In this document: positions 13,803 to 27,158 of the stretch, one piece after another
Layout of the letters: every line of letters begins with the position of its first letter
Numbering within the stretch: the first letter of the stretch is position 1
Assembly (NCBI GenBank): GCA_964016885.1
Contig: OZ024743.1
Span: forward strand, 361,398,001 to 361,462,000
DNA from: Eledone cirrhosa
Taxonomy: Eukaryota
Direction of reading: 5' to 3'
DNA: 64,000 nt
Position numbers and translations under genes: made by a program
The notes under the pieces: generated by a model
What the model was told of the DNA's origin: nothing
What the model saw: only the letters and a program-made list of their open reading frames with translations
Database searches by the model: none

Positions 13803-15924
13803 TCTTCTGGTTTGATAATTTCACAAAGTTTTACCAATAGAGAGAGACGGTTTCTAACATAGACACAAGACTCTCTCATTGGAATTTACACATCAACTAG
13901 GTAGATTATGTATGCATGCATGCATGTTATTGTATATGGATGTTATTGTATGTGTGGATGTGGATGTTTTGAGTTGTATGTGTGCATGTGTATATGCTAT
14001 GTATCTGTACATGTGTATATGCAGTTATTAGATGCAACATTTTTGAAATGTTTTACATATTTTTACTTTTCCATTAATGGATTGTACTTGTAGTTTCCTA
14101 ACTAGTTGTGTTCTTTCTGTCCCTGTGAAACCTAGCTTCTCAAGATTTGTATTGAGGCTGTTACTAACATATCCCAGTGCCCCAATAATCACAGGCCTAA
14201 ATCTGAAGGTGTAATCAGGGTGGAGTATCTGCAGATTTTTCATCAGTTCTGCATAAATATTCTCCTTTTCACTAATCTTTGATTGGCATCTGCTGGGCAG
14301 CTAATTTCCACTTAATGTGCATGTTCTCTTCTCCCTGTCCCATATCATAATATCTGGTTTGTTATGCCTGCATTTTATTGGGGTTTTTACTGGAACATTC
14401 CACTAGTACTCTTTCGTATTATGTACATGGATGTCTTCCACATTGTTGGTCTGTTATGCCTGCATTTTATTAGGGTTTTTACTGGAACATTCCACTAGTA
14501 CTCTTTCATATTATGTACATGGATGTCTTCCACATTGTTGTAGCTTTTAATGTGTTTATTATCGGGGCTATCTTTTTTACGAACTGCATTGTACGGTGTT
14601 TTGGCCACTACATCATGCCTCATAGGTAGACAGTACCGCGATAACATCTATGGACAGCTGCTGATGACTTGGGTGACATCCTCGATGTTTGTTTTGCAGA
14701 GTTTGCACTTGCTATCACATCTAGGTGTTTTGCCTGCATCCCTATCTCTTTTGTGAATCAGGTATTTCGTGCTAATCTCCTGTTCCTGGATTGCAAAAGC
14801 GTATCCTTCAAAGTGGGAACCAATATAGCGGTTGTTGGTCCAAGATAGACTACTTTCCTTATCTATATTACTCTCACTCTGGAGCTTCCTGGCAACATAT
14901 CCATGCATGATTTTTTTGTAGATGGTGTCGGAGAGATATGATGCGACATTCAAATGTTGTCTGGACTGATGTCAGGCCTCTGCCTCCCTGCTTACGTTTC
15001 AAGTAAAGGCGGTCTATGTCACTGTTGATGGGGAACTTTCCGATGTTGTTCAGTATTTTTCGAGTTCCAACATCAACTGCTCGGATTTCGTCTATCGTCC
15101 AATTGAGTATTCCAAACGTTGGTGTTTGGACAGGCACAGCAAATACATTGTGATCCATTGATTTGTTTTGCGCAGAGAGATCCGATGACCAGATCTTTCT
15201 TAATCGGGTGTAGTATTCCCTGGTTACGCGTTCTTTATTACAGATACCATTATAGGATATGTTCTCATCTATCCCAAGGTATCTGTAGCAGTCCTCATCA
15301 GATATCGGTGAAACAGTTAGACCATTGATGACAATGTTGCTAGATTGGGTTGTTGTTTTTCCCTGCTTTACAGTCATGTATGAGCATTTATCTTGGCTAA
15401 ACTCCATTCCTATATCCTTTGAGAACGTTGTAACCAGGTCAATATTTTTCTTCATCCCATCCATGTTCTTGGCATAGAGTTTCAGATCGTCCACAAAGAA
15501 GTTATGGGTTAGGTTCGTATTTCTGTCCTCCTGTGAGCCAATGATGTATCCCTCACATTTCTTGAGCAGAAAGGACAAGGGGTTTAATGACAAGATGAAC
15601 AATATCACAGAGAGACTGTCCCCCTGAAATATACCCCTGCAATATTTTATTTTATCAGTGAAAATAGAGTCCTCCCTCTATGACTTTAACCTTAGGATAG
15701 TAGCCCAAGAAGAAGACAGCCTCTCTATGGCTCTGACAATAATGTCTGGGACTTTAGCAAATTGGAGGGCCTCTATCATCCAAGAGTGAGGAACAGAATC
15801 GAATGCTTTCCTGTAGTCCAGCCAGACTGTAGTCATATTCCTCCTAAGTTGTCGCACCTCCGATATCGCAGTTTTGTTGATTAGGAGTTGTTCAGCACAT
15901 CCCCAAACCTTTTTCTTTCCAGCT
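13803..15924 (-). mobile_element. 5'-truncated R4/Dong-like non-LTR retrotransposon (RT, CCHC, RLE endonuclease), frameshifted, inserted in (TACA)n
   Basis: HNFFVDDLKLYAK (RT active site), DRLYLKRKQGGRGL, AIQEQEISTKY, CKLCK..EDVTQVISSCP, KPDIMIWD, PVIIGALG. (GTAT)n lies on both sides, and there is an internal ~90-bp duplication at 14360-14540. Confidence 0.9.
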
Positions 15925-15993
15925 GTATGTATGTATGTATGTATGTATGTATGTATGTATGTATGTATGTATGTATGTATGTATGTATCTATG

Positions 15994-16600
15994 TCAGGTC
16001 ACCAGTTGGTGCTACTGGTAACATGTATCCCAGTACAACCTGTCTCATGGTCGGGTCGTTGGCGACTAAACTGGCAACCCCACCAAGGTTTCTTGGTGAG
16101 GAGGGTGACTGTGGACATCCTGCAGGACTAAAAACAAAACCTGTCAAAGGGCAAGGGAGCTCTTAAGAGTCAATAGCCATCCAAAATCACTGGGAGAGAT
16201 GACCCCTTAGCCTTTGTCAAGGCAGAATTCTAGGAGAAGGAAAACTCTGATATAACACCTGCAACCCTGATGGTATCCAATGATGTTGACTGGTTCTTCT
16301 TTTTGGTAAATATCATCTTGGTTAAGAGAGTGGGACTGGCTTTGTGCAGTGCCTTTGCTCACTATAAAAGCTTCACAGCACAGGCATTGCTTTATATCTG
16401 GAGATCTCTCTGCACTTGTCATCACATGGTACCATGGGCCCTGCACTATGTGTCAATAATGGTCACCAGTGTAGTCTTTGTACCAGAGTTTTCAAGTCGC
16501 TGGCTGGACTAAAAAGTCACATTCGTTCAGCGCATCGGTAGGGGTTCTCCTACATGGATATAAAGTAGTGGCCGTACTCGAAAACGAGTTGGCAGCCACC
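15994..16600 (+). mobile_element. Internally deleted RTE-like element (5' UTR joined to the zinc-finger 3' end)
   Basis: 16424-16600 closely matches 55806-55983. The 5' part resembles an RTE 5' UTR. Flanked by (GTAT)n. Confidence 0.65.
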
Positions 16601-18197
16601 ATGTATGTATGTATGTATGTATGTATGTATATACATCTGTGTGCGAGTTTACATACATACATGTGTATATATAAATACACTCATATGCCAGGTGGTGCTA
16701 TTAAGTTAGACATGGCATGGGTCAATACTGGCCGAAACCTATCAAATACACACTCACACTATGTAGCGAATCCCAGAATGCTGTTGTTTCTATTATTCTG
16801 TTTGTGTCTATATGACATTCTTATGTATCTGTCTTGTGTTGAGCGTCTGATATTGTAAATGTGTAAATATGCTATCTTTTGATTCTTCTTTTTATTGCAA
16901 GAAACATGAGCAGATTTTTTCAGTATGAATACAGTGACTGGCAATCCAATTTTATTAAATGCATCAATCAAAAACTTCATACATCAAAATAAATGTTACC
17001 ATTAAGTATCCTATCACCTAGAAAATAAAATATATATAGTTTCGTATGTGTTCCTTTTCTAATTTCTGACGGACACATACACAGATATATTTTATTTACG
17101 TATATAAATTATAAAGACTGTGCTGTATATTCGGTATAATGAAAATATACTTTTTTCTTCGAGAACCATTTGCTTTATAAATCCATGTTCTACCACGTAA
17201 TCTTCTATATCATATTTACTCATTAGTGGTGTTTCATGAGAAAATAGCTGTTTCAGAAATACCACTCTTAGCGCAATTCATTCTTCCTTCAAATCCCGAT
17301 TATTATTAAATATTCTGGGATTATTTTGTAAATTACTACAATAAATCATCTTAAAAACTTTTAGAAATTATCATACAATTTATTAATTGCAATATTTTAA
17401 ACATTTATATTTTTATTTTATTTTATTTTATTTTTGAGTTGTCCATTATCGAACAAATGTCGAGAATATTTTTCTTTATATCGAACATATATTTTCTCCC
17501 ATTAATTTCAATGGTTATGTGATGATGAAACACTACGCAGATGCATATTTAAATAACAATAGGACATTTCATTGATAATGCGTGTATATGAAAACAGAAT
17601 GTATAACACTTGAATGCATCTCCTGATACGCACAGAGTTACACACATATACACGGTCGTATATGTGTGCGTGTGACAGTGCGTGTGAGTTTGCATATATA
17701 ATTTTATGTATATGTGCGGCTTTGGAGAAGGATAGAGGCAAAGATATAGACAGAGAGAAAAAGAGCAAGAGAGAGAGATTAAGAAAAAAGTAAATAATGG
17801 GTACGAAATATGATTTCTCGGAAGTTTCCTTTGTTCTCCAAAAACTGTATTAATCACTCTTTGAAAGGGAATATATTGTGTTTTCTTTCAATTGTTAGTA
17901 TTAAGCATATTTTCATCGTCGTAAATTTCTCTTCATCAACTACTTGGCAAATAATGGATGTGGCAAATAACATTCGACTCAATTGCAATAAAACTTTACA
18001 CAGCCTAACCAGGAACCTCTAATATCATTCATGCGTTTCTCTTTTAAATTTGAGAGAATTAAGTATTCATATATGCCTCTTTGTTAAGATTCCAATATTG
18101 TAATCTATCTCGCTGTCTCTGTATTTAAATATCATCATTCATTTCTTGTATATTATTTTATATTTATCTACACACATACACACTCGCACGCACACAG

Positions 18198-18265
<68 letters not shown>

Positions 18266-20214
18266 AAGTTGGCCATGTCACTACACACAGTTCTCAGTTC
18301 AAAATTTATTATCTTATTTGAGAGAAAGATAATTTCGATGATTTATGATATATATAAGACTGGTGCATGTAATACTTGCATGGAAACCTTGGATAAGAAG
18401 GGAATTTCAGTGCGGTCTGTTGTTTAGTTCTGTGTTTATGGATGAGAAATTGAATGGGCGATGAAAATATCACGTGTTGATTTTATACAACCTGATAATT
18501 CGTTGAAAAGACGAGATTGTAGTAGCAGTTCAAAACAGGATTAAGAAAGAATGTGCGTAGGTAATTACTGTAGCAACAGGAAAGGGCATAGAGAGAGAGG
18601 TCAGCGAGAATATCCGTAGTTATATGGTATGAGGAGAATCCATCCAAGTACTAACTTGGAGAAAAGCAAAATAAACTTCAAAATTCTAGTCAACGCTCCA
18701 GTGACTTACTAAATCGTCGTTTTTCTTGGGTATGAAATGAATTTACTTCAGAGAAGAATCGAATTTGAAATCTGTTACCTGTCCAACTTCCTTTACTGTT
18801 ATTTATTTTTCGACTCAGAAAGGACAAAAAGGAAAGTTGGTCTCGATGGAATTTGATCTGAGAAAACAGAGAGCCGGAACAAATACCGGAAGGCATTTTA
18901 TTCGACGCTCTATTGAATCAGGCAATTTGTCTACACAGTTTACATATATGTTATATATATTTTCATACGATCTTTTTTATTCATCAGATTCATAATGTAT
19001 TTTTTTGCTCTTTCTGCTACAATATATTTCTTTATTAAACTGTAAGCTATTATAAACAGTAACATTCATAAAACACTAGGAAGAAAAGAAGAAACAACGA
19101 CTGAACAACGCCTAGATAAATATTAGAATTGTGTTGTGTATGTGTTTGTGTGTGTGTGCTTATCTTTGTATACAGGAGTATATGTTATATATATATATAT
19201 CGAAAAAAATAACGAGAGATAGATAGATATATAGATAGATAACATTGTTGATGGTTCCGCTAGATATTCAGACGATGTAAATATTTCATTCCACAAGAGA
19301 GAAACAAAAATTTTCTTTAGCAGCAGAATATTATTTTGTAACAAAAATAAAACCATATCAAATAGAATAATTCCCAGTTCTTATCAGTTAGATGTTAGGG
19401 TGTTATTTTCAGTGAGAATCTGAAAATTCGCCAAATAATTTCGAAAGGTGACGGAAAGATTAGAATTTGACGGATACGTTGACGAATGGAAAAGTAAAAC
19501 AAAGATACTATAAAACCAATTTTTTAAGCTTTACATGATTATACACTTTTTGGTATAATTTTTTTAGTAATTTTGTTTTATTTTTATCATCTCCAATTAT
19601 TGTATATTCGTCAGAAGCTGAATGTCTAAATATCACTGGCATATTTTTACTGGCTTCTCACTTGGTAGGGTCTTATTAAGTTGTTCAAGATATACATAGT
19701 TGTACTGATTTTGGATACTTTAATGACAGGGATTAACCTTTATAAATCGGCACCGGATCTGGCTGGTTTTTCTCTAACATGATTCCATAAAACTGCTCTT
19801 GAAAAGATGGTTCACCTTTTCCCTTCATATTTAAATGCCAATTTTACAGCTACCTTCTCAAAATTAAACACTCCATCGCAATAGATATATACATGTGAAT
19901 GAACATACCATAAGGTCGTACATTAGATTTCCGTTGGGTCGATACGGTTCGTCCTTGAGCAAGATATTTCATTTCCCGTTGCTTGATTCCAATTAACCGA
20001 AAATGAACAGGACTACATTATCTCCTGCGGAGTTAACATTGCGACCTGTACTCTCAGTTTTTTTACGCTTATGAAACCGGTATAAGCATGGACCGAGGGT
20101 TGGCACAGTCTATAAACTCAACAATTCCAAAATCAAACCTTCATACTCTTAGATTCCTGCAAAAGACCGCGCGCGGGCAGACAAACACACACAAACACAC
20201 ATGCATACGCACGT

Positions 20215-20299
<85 letters not shown>

Positions 20300-20616
20300 G
20301 ACATATACGCTCATATTAACTCGAAATAAACATGGATTATTTAAACCACTCAAAACTAAAATATATTCTGACCAGGACTTCCCAATATGGTTGATTAAAC
20401 ACATCCATGCTTTCCTCGGTTAACTGCGTTTTTTTTCCGTTCCGTTATTCTCTTACTCTCTTCTATCCTGTTATTCCTTCTATCTCTGAACTATGTGTTT
20501 GTCTGCTGCTTGGGCGTACATTGATCTAGCTGTGCGTATATCTGTATGCATGGGCGTATAAATAATTATATATGTGTATGTGTGTATATGAATACTTGGA
20601 CATTCGTATAGATACA

Positions 20617-21823
20617 TCAGGGCAGCAAAGAGCTGACCATTGATCCCATTCTCCTGCAGAACCTTCCACAGCAGATCCCGAGGAATGCGGTCATATGCCT
20701 TTTCAAAGTCGAGAAGACAAGAGTATACATCTTGGCAATACTCCCACGATTTCTCGTAGTCATGCCGCAGTGTGAATATATGGTCAGCAGTACTGAGTCC
20801 GGGGCGAAAACCACGCTGTTATTCAGCTAGCTTGGACTCGACAATCGCCTGGCATCTCTTTGCCAGGGGCTTAGCATAGACTTTACCGGGGAGGCTTAAC
20901 AAGAAGATTCCTCTGTGATTGGAACAAATGTCTTGTCTGCATAATTGAAAATTGGGATTATTACCCGCGATTGGTCAGCCGGCACACACAAGTTAGCCAG
21001 AGAACACCTTCTCTATTTAAGGCGTTTAACATCTCGGCCGGATTTCATCTCCCTCGGCTGACTTGCCACATCTGAGCTCATTAACTGCTCTTGTGGCTTC
21101 AAACTGCAAAAACCGAGACGCCCGTCCTCTCATGGAATCCTGCGCATTGCACGCTACATGTAAATGGAGCTCCACTGAAGCAAGTAGAAACATTCAAGTA
21201 TCTCGGGGCTGTGTTCACGAGTGAAGGAAGGCAGGAGGCTGAAATAAGTGCAATAATTGCAGGAGGTGGTGAAGTACTCCACCAGCTTCAGCATTTAGTA
21301 ATCAGACGAATGCAGGTGGGCGTAAAAGCCAAACTAGCTATCTTCAATTCGGTATCCGTACCAACCCTAACCTGTGGTTATGAAACTTAGGTAACGACCG
21401 ACAGAATACGATCAGGAATACAAGCGGCCGAAATGGGGTTGCTCCGAAGGGCCTTTGGAGTAACGTTACTCGATAGAGTGCGTAACTCGTAGATCAGAGA
21501 ATAACTCCGAATTGAGAGACCAAAGCTCGGACACTATAGCCATATGGTTAGAATGTCTCAGAAAAGAATCACTGGAGAGGGTTTACGGGCAAAACCGACC
21601 GGCACGAGATCCAGGGGAAGATTTTGAGGAAGATGGTTGCATAATATCCATGAGGTTGGCTCGTCTCGCTTAGGGATCCAGCCGGATCAGTTGGAGACGG
21701 TTACTTCTGACAGGACCGGCTGGAGGGAGTGTTTGAGGACTCGACCCCGCCACGACCCTCTCAGGAATAAACGAGCGAAGAAGAAGAAGAAGAAGAAGAA
21801 GAAGAAGAAGAAGAAGAAGAAGA
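20617..21823. mobile_element. RTE-like LINE with 5' inversion (RT N-half on minus 20617-~21075, C-half on plus ~21095-21780) and an (AAG)n tail
   Basis: Minus strand: NHRGIFLLSLPGKVYAK..QRGFRPG..DFEKAYDRIPR. Plus strand: LKQVETFKYLGAVF..PTLTCGYET. Tail at 21777-21823. Confidence 0.8.
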
Positions 21824-23066
21824 ATTACCCACGGTTGGTGACAGCGTGTCTAGCACATATTTATATCCCTGTTATGAAGGAGTAATGCGGTTAAACCTAT
21901 ACAAGGAACGACCTATTCGTTTGCTAATTATACGTCGTAAAATAATAATTTTCTCATGAAATTATTGAAAACATATAATAAACGTACAGCTATATATATA
22001 TATATATAGCAGAAAAGCATTCAATACAGTGTAATTTAATTGGCTCATGCAAAGGCCAATTAATTACAGTGTTGTCAAGCAATACGACATCTTACCCATA
22101 TAAAACACCACGGCTTGATCATATCCTAAATTACTACATGATTGCATGGTCCCACAGTTCATAAGGGAGTGGTAGGGGCGCCGTATTAACATACGGCGTT
22201 TCATAGGCATTTTGAAACCTATGAGAGCCCATCTCCCCTTCGAACCTGAATACAGCAGATTTCTCACAGACAAGAATAGAGAATAAGAGAATAGATATGA
22301 GAAAGAGACATATAGGAAGAATCGACCCCAGTACTGGGAAACTACATATTTTATCGACCTCCAATGGATGAAAGACAAAGATGATTTCGGCCCCATGATT
22401 ACCTTAAGAAAATATCAAGTTAGTAGAGTGTCTATAAAAGTAGATCGCATAAAGACAGTCAAATCTTTAACCGACACACAATCAAACTCGATTAGCAAAA
22501 GCGTAAATTAAAATATATTTTTTATATTTTTTATATTTAAAATTTTTATATTTTACTTTTTTAAGTTATGCCTATCTGGTTGTATATATACATGTAGTTA
22601 CTTCACAGTCCAGTTTTGCACACTTTTCTATTTACTTTTTATAACACTCTTTTTTATTTTTTATTTATGTCTATGTACGTATGTATTTTTACTTTTATGT
22701 GTGTACCCATGCCTATGATTGCTTTCAGACACATGCGTCATTGTATATGGCTTTATCTATGTACATGAACGTTTGTATGTATGATTGTATGGACTTACAT
22801 ATTCAAATAAGTGTGTTTATGTATGTATATATATTTATACACACACACACACACGCACATATATATATACTTTCATTTATAATAGATTTTCATTTTAATT
22901 TCATATGTTACATTCATATTAAATATACATATATAATATGTATATTTAATATGAATGTAAGATATGAAATTAAAATGAAAATCTATTATAAATGAAAGTG
23001 AGGCTCAAATAAAATAACGGGAAAAGATTATACACACAGAAACAGAACGTAAAATTAGGGGTAAAG

Positions 23067-23150
<84 letters not shown>

Positions 23151-23907
23151 AGTGTAATTTTCTACACAAAACGAAGGTTATAGAGAAAATTGAGGTTGGT
23201 ATTACCAATGGAATATTACATGGAATATTACATGGAATATATGAGACAGAATACTTTTTTGTGAAAAAACATATAATTTTATAAGGTAAGGAAATAATAA
23301 AGGGTATAAAAAATAACCGGTTTCGATGGGTCTGCAAAAGCCATCTTTTCAAATGTTGATTAATATTAAGAAAAATTAATAATAAGAAGAGTTAAAATTT
23401 GAGATTTGAAAATTCAAGTATAAAATTCATTGTGGAATTTCACAGTAGTTTTCATCTTGGTAGTAGCCAGTTGACTGCTGGGTGCCCTTTTGGTAGTGAA
23501 TGAGGAGTTATTTGGGGGTGTGGGTTATTTTATAAAGATCAGATTTAGCAATGGCCAGATGGCCAGCTGCTGGTCAGTGAGGGGGTGGAAGCAATATACA
23601 TACATATATCTTCCTGTGGTCGGTAGGAAAGGGATTTAGTGCACTTACACCTATATATACACACACATATATACCTTCATCCACACATACATATACATAT
23701 ACATACACACATATATATATATATATATACATATACACACATACATACACACACACATACATATACATACACACATACACACACATATATATACACATAC
23801 ACACACACATATATATATACACACACACACATATATATACATACACATACATCCTGATACACACATACATACACACACACACACATATATATATACATAC
23901 ACACATA

Positions 23908-23944
<37 letters not shown>

Positions 23945-24340
23945 ACACACATACATACACCCACACACATAGAGAAATGGCCTCCAAATATATATATATA
24001 CATACATACACATATTTTTTCCATAATATAAGAAGTTGGGACAGTGAAATTAAAATACAAGTCATTCTGATCACATTGAGTTCTTCATGTAGATTGGGCC
24101 CGGCAACCGACAGTGGTGAATTCTGTGTGCGCATATATATATATAGATATATGTGTGTGCACGTGCAGGGTTTAACATGGATGTGTTGGTCACACAAAGG
24201 CATGGTCTGTCAACGAATAAACCTGATTCTACAGAATTGGTCTCTGGTCTTTAATAGTAGTGATAATTATATACATGCACACATACAAACACATATATCT
24301 GTCACTCCGTGCGTATGTGAGTTTATATTTTATGATAATT

Positions 24341-24631
24341 CTATTGGGATGATAACCCGTTTAGTTTTGGTTTAAATTTGTTAAGGAATAGATTTTCTTT
24401 GTTTATTCTTTGTTGCTGTGTGAACGAATCTGAGCACTTGTAGAAGGGGAAGATTTTAAAGTTGGGTAGTGTCATTCCTGCGCAGTTCGCAATATGGCTG
24501 CTCAAGGGGATTTTTCTTGTGTTAGCGTCCCGGATTTGTTGGCGGTGGATGGTCATTCTTTTGCGTAATGAGGTGCCCGTCTGTCCTATGTAGTTGTGTT
24601 TGCACCCACCGCAAGTTATTGCGTAAATCAA
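24341..24631 (-). pseudogene. PLE GIY-YIG endonuclease domain (Neptune-like by its CxxC motif; clade assignment is inference)
   Basis: IY..CxxC..YIGQT..LRKRM..H motif in an intact 96-aa frame that is truncated at the 5' end. Confidence 0.85.
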
Positions 24632-25146
24632 GTGTGTGTATGTATGTGTGTATCAGGATGTATGTGTAAGTATATATATGTGTGTGTATATGTATGTGTG
24701 TGTATGTGTATATATATGTGTGTATGTGTGTATGTATATGTATGTGTGTGTGTATGTATGTGTGTATATGTATATATATATATATATATGTGTGTATGTA
24801 TATGTATATGTATGTATGTGTGGATGAAGGTATATATGTGTGTGTATATATAGGTGTAAGTGCACTAAATCCCTTTCCTACCGACCGCAGGAAGATATAT
24901 GTATGTATATTGCTTCCACCCCCTCACTGACCAGCAGCTGGCCATCTGGCCATTGCTAAATCTGACCTTTATAAAATAACCCACACCCCCAAATAACTCC
25001 TCATTCACTACCAAAAAGGCACCCAGCAGTCAACTGGCTACTACCAAGATGAAAACTACTGTGAAATCCCACAATGAATTTTATACTTGAATTTTCAAAT
25101 GTCAAATTTTAACTCTTCTTATTATTAATTTTTCTTAATACTAATC

Positions 25147-25194
25147 AACATTTGAAAAGATGGCTTTTGCAGACCCATCGAAACCGGTCATTTT
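25147..25194 (+). ncRNA. Minimal type I hammerhead, U3-A8 core variant; other copies at 23311-23357(-), 35529-35575(-) and 36448-36495(+)
   Basis: TTGAAAA (25152-58), stem II GATGG/CCATC, GAAA, palindromic CCGG, TC. Stem I is short with one mismatch. Confidence 0.75.
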
Positions 25195-25293
25195 TTATAC
25201 ACTTTATTATTTCCTTACCTTATAAAATTATATGTTTTTTCACAAAAAAGTATTCTGTCTCTTATATATTCCATGTGCCATTACCAACTTCAA

Positions 25294-25366
<73 letters not shown>

Positions 25367-25541
25367 CATACATATATATATATATACATATATACATATA
25401 TATATATCTTTACCCCTAATTTTACGTTCTGTTTCTGTGTGTATAATCTTTTCCCGTTATTTTATTTGAGCCTCACTTTCATTTATAATAGATTTTCATT
25501 TTAATTTCATATCTTACATTCATATTAAATATACATATTAA

Positions 25542-25617
<76 letters not shown>

Positions 25618-25639
25618 CATCACTATATATATATATATA

Positions 25640-25852
25640 TAGTGATGTAATAAACAAAATAAGATAATTATTTCATTTACCAAAGGTTTCACGAAGACGA
25701 TTGAATGCACACGTTTGTGCCAGGCTCGTCTGTCTTCCTGAGACATTTGGTAAATGAAATAATTATCTTATGTTGTTTATTACATAACTAACAAGTTCTG
25801 TAGCCGACATAGAGCACTCTCTTTTCCTTTACATTTCCTACGGAAATACTTC
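25640..25852 (+). mobile_element. Fold-back PLE terminus (HHR 3' half plus tail) in (TA)n; same family as 58150-58335, related to 48791-48990
   Basis: Arms 25646-25700 and 25732-25785 carry GAAACCTTTGGTA (mutated in the right arm). The tail matches 58236-58335. Confidence 0.7.
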
Positions 25853-26554
25853 ATATATATATATATATATATATACATATATGTATATATATGTAAGTAG
25901 AAGGGAATTTTAATTTGTTTGAAATACAACAAATATAAATGATTATATCTGATTCAGAGCACTGGACAGATTTTGGAGTAAATATTCAATGGTATTAAAT
26001 AAATGAATACAATATTTATAATACCATATTTATTCTATTATATATATTTCAAGGGTGCCAACATTTAGGTACGCTATCATCAGATAAAATACAAAATGTC
26101 TTATAAATATTTGACATAACCAAGGATAATATACCTTAACGGTTCAAGTTATCCCTGGAAAATGAGGGGAAGAGAAAAAAACGAGATATTGAAATTATTA
26201 ATATGAGTATGCAAATGAGGTTTATGTAAAAGGGGTGAAAAAAACGTTATTTTAGGTTTCTGTAAATTCTGTATTGAAGAAGATTCTGTAAATTGTGTAT
26301 TGAAGAAATATTTGATATAATTAATTGTAAAAACTCTATTAATCTCAGAAGAGAGATATTTAGTTCTTGCAGACATCGCCAAAATTCTACATTCAGAACA
26401 AATAACGATAAAAACAAATGACGAAACGAAATTAAATTTCGTTTCGTTTGTAACTCACTTTTGTATGACAGACGCTTACAAACGAAACGAAATTTAATTT
26501 CGTTTCGTTATTTGTTTTTATCGTCTCCGCTGAACCGGTACGTACTCATGCTCT

Positions 26555-26603
26555 ATGCAAATTAGTCTGCCCACTACTAATTTTCATAGAAAAAGCATAT
26601 AAC
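26555..26603 (+). promoter_or_regulatory. Octamer plus TATA-like box upstream of the HHR (also 27021; 37212 and 37657 on minus; 63478)
   Basis: ATGCAAAT lies 88-100 nt before the HHR core in all three arrays, with a TATA-like run ~45-57 nt before the core. Confidence 0.55.
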
Positions 26604-26647
26604 GATATGTGCTTTTACGATTCTCTAGAAAGGCCGGAAGATAGGTA

Positions 26648-26692
26648 AATATTGCTGATGAGATGTAACAACATCGAAACTAGTCCAATATT
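26648..26692 (+). ncRNA. Type I hammerhead ribozyme, canonical core
   Basis: AATATTG CTGATGA GATGT-AACA-ACATC GAAA CTAG TC CAATATT: 7-bp stem I, 5-bp stem II, palindromic minimal stem III, GUC cleavage site. Confidence 0.93.
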
Positions 26693-27113
26693 CCTTGTCT
26701 GGCTTTCTGGAGAATAGAGGAAAGGTGTTTCCTCGAAAACCAGTATGACTCTAAAAACCGGTTTGTCTGTGTGTTTACATACAGAATAGCTGGACACTCA
26801 CAGTAAAGTGACCAGTGAAAAACTCGGTACATCTACATATGTATACGTGTGTGTATTCATATGCATACTAGTATTTCAGTATACATATGTGGATGTACAT
26901 TTTTAACTTAATTGTTTAAGCGTCTGTCATACAAAAGTGAGTTACAAACGAAACGAAATTTAATTTCGTTTCGTTATTTGTTTTTATCGTCTCCGTTGAA
27001 CCGGTACGTACTCACGCTCTATGCAAATTAGTCTGCCCACTACTAATTTTCATAGAAAAAGCATATAACGATATGTGCTTTTACGATTCTCTAGAAAGGC
27101 CGGAAGATAGGTA

Positions 27114-27158
27114 AATATTGCTGATGAGTTGTAACAACAACGAAACTAGTTCAATATT
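27114..27158 (+). ncRNA. Type I hammerhead ribozyme, second unit of array 1
   Basis: AATATTG CTGATGA GTTGT-AACA-ACAAC GAAA CTAG TT CAATATT. Stem II has a compensatory A-U to U-A change relative to unit 1. Confidence 0.92.

Larger units (their letters stand above)
22880..25540 (-). mobile_element. 5'-truncated PLE: GIY-YIG end (24341-24631), 3' pseudo-LTR, and an inverted pseudo-LTR copy (24632-25540)
   Basis: IYAITCGGCKHNYIGQTGTSLRKRMTIHRQQI..E..F..K..P.LN is a GIY-YIG domain. Arms ~22880-23880 and 24632-25540 are reverse complements. Confidence 0.88.
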
